NCBI GenBank assembly: GCA_964411675.1
Contig: CAYPLR010000001.1
Location: forward strand, 14,559 to 78,558
Source: an uncultured Bacteroidales bacterium
Lineage (GTDB): Bacteria > Bacillota_I > Bacilli_A > ML615J-28 > CAG-698
Length of the DNA stretch: 64,000 nucleotides
Reading direction: 5' to 3'
In this document: positions 57,979-64,000 of the stretch, in pieces
How positions within the stretch are numbered: the first letter of the stretch is position 1
How the letters are laid out: each line of letters starts with the position of its first letter
Notes under the pieces: model-generated
Database searches by the model: none
What the model was told of the DNA's origin: nothing
What the model saw: the letters and a program-made list of their open reading frames with translations, nothing else
Program-made: the position numbers and the translations under genes

Positions 57979-60399
57979 ATGAGAAGAAAAATTGGATTAT
58001 TACTTTTGGCTTTCTTAGGGTTATTTACTATAACACTATTAGCAAGCCCAAAAGTTAAGGCTGCTGAACCACTAGGGAAAATAGTTTTCCATTATCAATT
58101 GTGGGATGGCGATTACTCTAGTGCTGGTTTATGGTGCTGGGGTACGGGTGAAGGTGGACAAAGTTCACAGGTCACTTCTGATGTCACAGATTCATTTGGT
58201 GCAGTTTATGATATTGCTATCGGCACAGGCGCTGAAGATGTAGGAATTATAGCTTTAAGAAAAGATATTACTTTAGACACTCGTTGGAACTATCGCGAGA
58301 CTCCAGATGGTGAAAACTTCACAGTAGATGTTACACCAATCACAAGTGGAGAAGTAACTGAAATGCATATCTACTATTTCCAAGGTGGATATCAAACATA
58401 TTTCATTACTGACACAACAAAAGTTAATATTCTTATTGCTTATTATGATCCAGCTGGTGCTTATGAATCTAATTTGGGTCTTCATAGTTGGGGTGAATGG
58501 ACTAACGTTACGAACCCTGCATGGGAAGCTCCATTAGAAGTATTTGAAGATGGAATGAAATCACCTGATGGCATAAAAGGTAAAGTTGCATTATTACAAA
58601 TTGATGAAAAAAATGCTGCTGGTGGAGGATTCTTGATTTATGCTGGTAATGATGCTTCTAAGAAAACACCATCACAAGATACCTATAAGTACATCACTGA
58701 TATCGCTGATTTGAAAAATGGCGATGTAAGAGTTCTTTATGTAGCTGGTGGTGAAGGTATGTATGGTGAGGATGCAAAAAATGAATTCACATCAAGAGCA
58801 TTCACATTTGGCTTTATTGGTTTCAATGCCGCTGAATTGGCAGGAACTTATGCTGTTGATCCAAAAACAATTTTTGCAAAAATATCAATGTCAGAAAAAA
58901 CAAAAGTTGTTACAGGAACAGAAATGGTTACTAAGACTAAAATTGTTCAAGTTCCTGAGTTAGCAGAAGGAAGTACACCATTTGTTCAAACAGATAAAAC
59001 ATTCCCAGCATTTACAGCGCTTCCAGCACTTGAAGCAGGAATGATTGGCCGTGTAGTATTCCATTACCAAGCTTGGAATGGAGATTATACAGGTACAGGT
59101 GTATGGTCATGGAATAGAGGTACAGTTGTAAATTCTGGTCTACCAAGTATTGGTGTTGATAGTTTTGGTGCTGTAATTGATATTCAAATTGCTGCTGATG
59201 CTGGTGATGCAATTGGATTTATACCAATGAAAACTGGTGTTACTGCTGCCACAAATGAATGGGGTTCTGGATTTGTTAAGAGCTTTGAAGGTGACTTATC
59301 AGTTGATGTAACTGCAATCAAAGCAGGAACAACACAAGAAGTTCATGTATACTATTTTGAAGGCGGATCACAAGGATTTGTTATTGATCCAACTCAAGCA
59401 AATATTTTATTAGTTTATTATGATTTAACAGGAACATATGAAGATAATCTCGGTTTACATGGTTGGGGAAATTGGGTTAATCCAGAATTTGTTGGTCTTG
59501 AATGGGGAAGCCCAGCACAATCATTTAAAAATGGATTTGTATCACCTCGTTCAATTGGGGGAAAAGTTGCTTTATTACAAGGAACTAATATAGGTGATGC
59601 AGGATTCTTAATCTACGCTGGTGGAGATGATTCAAAGAAGACAAGCGATAATGCATCTAACTTTATTACAGATCGAGCTACTTTAGTTGCTGGTGATGTT
59701 CGTGTATTATACGTTGCTCTTGGTGAAGCATACTATGGTGTAGAAAAGAAAGCAGAATTTGCTGAAGCTGCATTCAGTGGCGATATCGTTTATGTCGATA
59801 AAGAAGTTGAATATGAAGAAGAAGCAGATGTTATGGAATTTGTTAAATTCGAAGATTACTTCACATTATTCCAAGGAACTACTGAAATTGAATTGAAGCA
59901 AGTAGACTTTAATAAGACAGCTGAAAAAACTAATGAATTTGTAATTCAATTAGCTGATGGTGTTACTTTAGATAATACAAAAGAATATACTTTAAAGTAT
60001 GATTCTGGTACAAACGAAGCGGAAATTACCTTAGCTCTAGATGTTGAAAAACCAGTGATTACACTAGTTTCTGAAGAGCGAATCGTTGTTGCACAAGGAG
60101 AAAAATGGGATCAGACATTATATCCTAACTATCGTGTAACAGATGATCGTGATACTAATTTATCTAATCGTGTTTATGTAGCTGAAGGAAAAGGATACTT
60201 AAATACAAATGTTGCTGGTGAATATCCAATCACTCTTGAAGTTGAAGATAATTGGGGCAATATTGGTCAATTAGAATTTACTATATTTGTAGAAGCTCCT
60301 GAAACAGGTTGTAACAAGGGTAATAGTACTTCAACATTTGTTGGCATAAGTCTATTAGGCTTGGCACTCTTCTTCATTAGAAGAAGAAGATTTGTTTAG
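57979..60399 (+). CDS. non-catalytic cell-surface starch-binding protein with four CBM41-like/starch-binding repeats and a C-terminal Ig-like domain plus hydrophobic anchor
   Basis: ATG at 57979 follows aaggagg, and the upstream extension is unsupported. Signal peptide MRRKIGLLLLAFLGLFTITLLASPKVKA. Repeats GKIVFHYQLWDGDY...LWCWG and GRVVFHYQAWNGDY...VWSWN, plus two LGLH(S/G)WG(E/N)W domains. No GH catalytic motifs. The C-terminus is APETGC followed by TM and RRRR. Confidence 0.75.
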   Translation: MRRKIGLLLLAFLGLFTITLLASPKVKAAEPLGKIVFHYQLWDGDYSSAGLWCWGTGEGGQSSQVTSDVTDSFGAVYDIAIGTGAEDVGIIALRKDITLDTRWNYRETPDGENFTVDVTPITSGEVTEMHIYYFQGGYQTYFITDTTKVNILIAYYDPAGAYESNLGLHSWGEWTNVTNPAWEAPLEVFEDGMKSPDGIKGKVALLQIDEKNAAGGGFLIYAGNDASKKTPSQDTYKYITDIADLKNGDVRVLYVAGGEGMYGEDAKNEFTSRAFTFGFIGFNAAELAGTYAVDPKTIFAKISMSEKTKVVTGTEMVTKTKIVQVPELAEGSTPFVQTDKTFPAFTALPALEAGMIGRVVFHYQAWNGDYTGTGVWSWNRGTVVNSGLPSIGVDSFGAVIDIQIAADAGDAIGFIPMKTGVTAATNEWGSGFVKSFEGDLSVDVTAIKAGTTQEVHVYYFEGGSQGFVIDPTQANILLVYYDLTGTYEDNLGLHGWGNWVNPEFVGLEWGSPAQSFKNGFVSPRSIGGKVALLQGTNIGDAGFLIYAGGDDSKKTSDNASNFITDRATLVAGDVRVLYVALGEAYYGVEKKAEFAEAAFSGDIVYVDKEVEYEEEADVMEFVKFEDYFTLFQGTTEIELKQVDFNKTAEKTNEFVIQLADGVTLDNTKEYTLKYDSGTNEAEITLALDVEKPVITLVSEERIVVAQGEKWDQTLYPNYRVTDDRDTNLSNRVYVAEGKGYLNTNVAGEYPITLEVEDNWGNIGQLEFTIFVEAPETGCNKGNSTSTFVGISLLGLALFFIRRRRFV

Positions 60400-60417
60400 G
60401 GATAGGAGGTAAAGAAC

Positions 60418-61725
60418 ATGAAAAAATGGTTTACATTCTTATTTTTAACAATCGGTATTTTCGTTCTTGTTGGCTGTACGCCAAAAGAATTTACAACAGG
60501 TGAAATAGTAGAATTTGATAAGACTCAAGTAAAAGATACAATTCTTACTGTTTGGATGGATGATACTGACGGCGTATTAATGGATGAAATAATTCCTGCA
60601 TTCGAAGCTGCTAATCCTGGAATCATTGTTGAATTCCAACACATGGCAACAGTAGATGCTCGTGAAAAATTAAAGACATTTGGTCAATCAGGTTATGGAG
60701 CTGATATCTTCCAATTCCCTCATGACCATATGGCTCAAGCTGTTCTAGATGACTTAGTATATGTATTACCAGATACATTAAAAGATAGTTTAGAAGATAA
60801 GATTCTTGAAGTTGCGATGAATATCGCTTCTCTATGCTATGATGCAGCTACAGGTAGTTTTGAATGTGTAGCTGGAAGCAGCAAGAAATTATTCGCTGTT
60901 CCAATTTCAGTTGAATCAGTAACTATTTTCTATAACAAGGATTTAATTAGTGCAGAAGAATTACCTACAACATTCGAGGAATTAATTGCTACTGCAAAGA
61001 CTCAAACTGAATTCACAAGATATTTTGGCTCATCTTCACATTGGGGCGATGCCTATTTCTTACAAGGAATTCATAGTGCATTTGGTTGGACACCATTTGG
61101 TGCAAATCTAAATGATGCAACAGAAGTAGGATATGATGATCCTAAACTAATTGCTTCATTAGAATGGATTATTAATCAATTAAAACCTGTTGTAACAGGA
61201 AATGGTAATCATGATTCTGTAACTGCAACAAGTTTATTTGAAGAAGGTAAATTACCATTCTTATTATCAGGACCATGGCAAATTAACACATTCCGTGATG
61301 CGGGTATTAACTATGGAGCAATCACTTTACCTACAATTAATGGAAATAAACCACAGACTTTCGCTGGTGCACAAATGCTAGCTGTTTACAAATATTCACA
61401 AAATAAAGAAGCAGCAATTAAGTTTGTTGAATTTATGGCAAGTGAAGAAGCAGCAGAAATTTTATATCGTACATCTGGTGACTGTCCTGCTTTACAGGAA
61501 AGCATTATTGCAACAATTCCTGGTCTAAAAGACGATGAAGCAATGCAAGTTATGCTTGAACAGTTAAAAACATCAGTACCAATGCCAACAATCCCTGAAG
61601 TAACATATTATTGGGGACCAAGTGAAACAATGATTAAAAACCTTTGGAATTCACAAGGCGTTATCGTGGATGAAGTAAAAACTGCAGAAAAATCTTATAA
61701 GGCAGCAAGAGATTTAGCGTCTTAG
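60418..61725 (+). CDS. maltodextrin/maltose ABC transporter substrate-binding lipoprotein (MdxE/MalE-like)
   Basis: Lipobox LVGC. Family-1 solute-binding protein pattern (LTVWMDD..., FPHDHM, GPWQINTF). Confidence 0.8.
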   Translation: MKKWFTFLFLTIGIFVLVGCTPKEFTTGEIVEFDKTQVKDTILTVWMDDTDGVLMDEIIPAFEAANPGIIVEFQHMATVDAREKLKTFGQSGYGADIFQFPHDHMAQAVLDDLVYVLPDTLKDSLEDKILEVAMNIASLCYDAATGSFECVAGSSKKLFAVPISVESVTIFYNKDLISAEELPTTFEELIATAKTQTEFTRYFGSSSHWGDAYFLQGIHSAFGWTPFGANLNDATEVGYDDPKLIASLEWIINQLKPVVTGNGNHDSVTATSLFEEGKLPFLLSGPWQINTFRDAGINYGAITLPTINGNKPQTFAGAQMLAVYKYSQNKEAAIKFVEFMASEEAAEILYRTSGDCPALQESIIATIPGLKDDEAMQVMLEQLKTSVPMPTIPEVTYYWGPSETMIKNLWNSQGVIVDEVKTAEKSYKAARDLAS

Positions 61726-61733
61726 TCGAATAA

Positions 61734-61761
61734 AATAAGGCGACCAAGCGGTCGCCTTATT
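61734..61761 (+). other. intercistronic stem-loop between the binding-protein and permease genes
   Basis: Perfect 12-bp stem aataaggcgacc/ggtcgccttatt with loop aagc and a weak U-tract. Confidence 0.6.
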
Positions 61762-61782
61762 CTTTAATTATAAGGAGAAAAT

Positions 61783-64000
61783 ATGAAAGGAAAGCTAAAA
61801 CACATTTTAAAAGCAATCGCTTCAGGATTCATTTGGGGCTTAGGGCAAGTCTTCAATAGACAATATCTTAAAGCTGCATTTTTCTTCTTATTTTTTGCTT
61901 TGTTTATTGGTATAGAACTAGGTAGTAGTAGATTCTTAACTGGATATGATCCATATCAAGAACAACTACCTGGAGAAGACTTTGGTGAAAATCTCGCTAA
62001 GAGCTTTTATGAAACGTATCTTTATGATAAAGATAAGAGATACGTTACGGAAATTTCAACGCTTGAAGTTTTTTATGAAGAACATAAAGCAGATGGATTT
62101 ACCAACGAAGAATTAATTGATTTTACAGCCCAAAATATTCTTACTGGTAGTAGAACCAAGTATTATGTTCTTAGCGAATATATCAAAGCAACAAATAAAG
62201 AAATCGATCGAGATTCTGATCTTTATCCTGAGGAAGATAGTAGTGCGATAGCAACATTAAAAAGCTTTAATGGCTATCAAACAACTTATTTAAATGAAGT
62301 AACTGGAAATCAATATATTCAAAAAAATATAGGTACGGGAACAGATGTTATTTATCGTTATATTAATATCAATGATGAAAATGATGTGCTTACAAAAGAA
62401 GAAATAACGGGCTTTCCGATCCTAAAAAAAGAAAATAAAATTTATTATGATAAATTAACAGCAACGAAATTTTATATTGAAGTAAAGAAAAACGATAGTA
62501 CTATTTACTACGAAAATATTTGTAATGCCCAAGATAAAATTCTTGTGGCTAATTTCGTATTAGCTGACTATTTAACTTTACCAAAATATAAAGGTTCAAT
62601 ATGGTCTAATCCAGAAGAAAAGGTTTATATCTATTATAATCCAGAAATTAGTGGGTATAATGCGACAGCTTTCTCAAAATATCTAACAAAATATTTTGCT
62701 GATTTTTATAAAAATGCAGGTGGAAGATTCGATCAAACAGACTATGCAAGATTTAAACTTCGTGTTTACTTCTCAATGCATCCAGAAACAAAAGCTGATT
62801 TTGAAAAACGTTTCGACAATTTCTATTATAATCGTTGTGGATTCTTTATGAAAGGCTTTTGGTCCGTTATCTCACTTGGCTCAACAGACTCAGCAGATTA
62901 TTATCAAATCAGTCGCTTAACAGAAGCATTAGATTCTTCTAGTTTTGGTGGAACAGTGATAGAGAATATTATCGTACGTGGGCACTTATCTTCTTATTTA
63001 TTAATTAAGGGATTAATTGCTGTATTATTGTTGATGTATTTCTTAATTGTCTATATTTGGTCAATAAGAGATGCTTATAAAACGAGTATTGAATATGAAC
63101 AAACTCAAGTACATGTAAAAGACACCGTGTATTTCAAGAAGATGTACGAAAGCAGTTTTGAATATATATTATTACTTCCAGCCATCTTTACAATTACATT
63201 CATATCCATTATGCCAATTGTCTTTAGTTTCTTGATTGCTTTCACTAGCTATAGCGGTCAAGCATCTGATGTTGGTTTGTTTAATTGGGTTGGATTTACA
63301 AACTTTACTCGTATCTTTGTTTTTGCTGGAGATATTCCTTTTGGTCAAACTTTCTGGAAAGTATTCTTATGGACCATTATATGGGCAATCTTCTCTACTG
63401 CCACTGTATTCTTTGGTGGATTCTTCCAAGCTGTTATTATTAATAGTGAAAGAGTACCACTAAAAAAATTCTGGCGAACATTCTTGATATTACCATGGGC
63501 GATACCTGCCATTATTACCCAAATGGTTTTTGCTAACATTTTCAATGAAAATGGTGTTGTTAATGCATTTATGGAGAACATCGGGTTGTACGATGTGTTT
63601 AAAGATTGGGGAATTTTAGGGGTACAATTTTCTGAACTAACAAACAATTGGCAAAAAGCATTCTATTTAGGCTATGATAATATCCAATGGTTTACTAACT
63701 CTTTCAATCCATGGTTTGTAAGGATTACTTTGATAGTTGTAAACATTTGGCTTGGATTTCCATATTACATGGCTTTAATGACTGGAATTATGGTAGGTAT
63801 TGATAAGAGTTTATATGAAGCAGCCGATATTGATGGAGCTGGAAAACAACAAAAGTTTAAATACATTACATTTCCTTTGGTAATGTATTCTACTGCACCA
63901 TTATTAGTAATGAGTTTTTCTGGTAACTTCAATAACTTTGGTATGATATATTTCGTTACCCAAGGGGGTGCTGGCGCTGGAGACATTTCTAATGCTTATG
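61783..64000 (+). CDS. maltodextrin ABC transporter permease, MalF/MdxF-like (partial, continues beyond window)
   Basis: ATG 61783 with RBS aaggag. N-terminal TM, then a long (about 300 aa) extracytoplasmic loop typical of MalF, then TM helices and the EAA motif LYEAADIDGAGKQQKF. It is missing from the ORF track because it has no stop within the window. Confidence 0.8.
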   Translation, partial: MKGKLKHILKAIASGFIWGLGQVFNRQYLKAAFFFLFFALFIGIELGSSRFLTGYDPYQEQLPGEDFGENLAKSFYETYLYDKDKRYVTEISTLEVFYEEHKADGFTNEELIDFTAQNILTGSRTKYYVLSEYIKATNKEIDRDSDLYPEEDSSAIATLKSFNGYQTTYLNEVTGNQYIQKNIGTGTDVIYRYININDENDVLTKEEITGFPILKKENKIYYDKLTATKFYIEVKKNDSTIYYENICNAQDKILVANFVLADYLTLPKYKGSIWSNPEEKVYIYYNPEISGYNATAFSKYLTKYFADFYKNAGGRFDQTDYARFKLRVYFSMHPETKADFEKRFDNFYYNRCGFFMKGFWSVISLGSTDSADYYQISRLTEALDSSSFGGTVIENIIVRGHLSSYLLIKGLIAVLLLMYFLIVYIWSIRDAYKTSIEYEQTQVHVKDTVYFKKMYESSFEYILLLPAIFTITFISIMPIVFSFLIAFTSYSGQASDVGLFNWVGFTNFTRIFVFAGDIPFGQTFWKVFLWTIIWAIFSTATVFFGGFFQAVIINSERVPLKKFWRTFLILPWAIPAIITQMVFANIFNENGVVNAFMENIGLYDVFKDWGILGVQFSELTNNWQKAFYLGYDNIQWFTNSFNPWFVRITLIVVNIWLGFPYYMALMTGIMVGIDKSLYEAADIDGAGKQQKFKYITFPLVMYSTAPLLVMSFSGNFNNFGMIYFVTQGGAGAGDISNAY

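Noticed and set aside
63236-63986. Small ORFs 63236-63463 (+), 63345-63647 (-) and 63765-63986 (-) listed in the track.
   Set aside because: They lie inside and out of frame with the MalF-like permease gene (61783 to beyond 64000), which is absent from the track only because it runs off the window end.
1-64000. Looked for CRISPR arrays, IS elements/transposases, integrases, phage genes, rRNA and tRNA.
   Set aside because: There are no short regularly spaced repeats, no transposase/integrase-like ORFs, no rRNA-like conserved stretches and no GC-skewed island. Composition is uniform (about 30% GC) across the window.

Overview
This is a 64 kb chromosomal segment from a low-GC (about 30% GC) Gram-positive bacterium. 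The gene content (tex, infC-rpmI-rplT with an L20 leader, glgBCDAP, a glpK/glpA-like/DUF1667 module and a Bacillus-mdx-like maltodextrin locus) suggests a Firmicutes member, possibly Erysipelotrichia/Clostridia-like; that placement is inference. The window is dense and mostly housekeeping, and I found no rRNA, tRNA, CRISPR, transposase or integrase. The ORF track accepts TTG/GTG as start, so several N-termini in it are over-extended; I re-placed starts where an RBS plus ATG/GTG/ATT supports it.

Features in order:
- tex (99-2330)
- a nucleotidyltransferase-like ORF (2349-3098)
- an MFS transporter (3163-4377)
- an orphan acpP (4505-4732)
- a 5-gene operon of SHOCT-like and DUF2089 small proteins (4893-6652)
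- a CDF metal exporter with a long leader (6903-8093)
- alpha-phosphoglucomutase (8095-9792)
- an Xaa-Pro aminopeptidase (9789-11045)
- an uncharacterized 4-gene secreted-protein/ABC module (11149-14039)
- a frameshifted Big_2-repeat lipoprotein fused to a GH3 NagZ-like hexosaminidase (14104-16975)
- infC-rpmI-rplT (17198-18348)
- a TGS/uridine-kinase fusion (18450-20090)
- glgB-glgC-glgD-glgA-glgP plus a GH13 enzyme (21094-30983)
- an RlmI-like methyltransferase (31109-32278)
- MscS (32311-33270)
- a MATE transporter (34953-36311)
- glpK plus a three-gene FAD-oxidoreductase/DUF1667 module (36444-40967)
- a GNAT acetyltransferase (40997-41845)
- a cytoplasmic GH13 (41977-43251)
- D-LDH (43302-44339)
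- a starch/maltodextrin utilisation locus (44444 to the window end)

The starch locus contains a LacI regulator and a TrmB-like regulator. These sit in an operon with a COG4586-type ABC-2 transporter and a cytoplasmic neopullulanase. It also holds a lipoprotein alpha-amylase, a YvdJ-like membrane protein, a UroD-family protein, a surface type-I pullulanase, a non-catalytic multi-CBM41 surface protein, a maltodextrin-binding protein and the start of a MalF-like permease.

The most noteworthy observations are listed below.
- A 1-nt frameshift splits the Big_2-GH3 gene.
- The two large amylolytic surface proteins share an unusual Cys-containing C-terminal anchor signal and lack LPXTG.
- A 44-nt inverted repeat sits in the divergent pullulanase/CBM41 promoter region.
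- Two uncharacterized accessory-looking modules lie at 4.9-6.7 kb and 11.1-14.0 kb.
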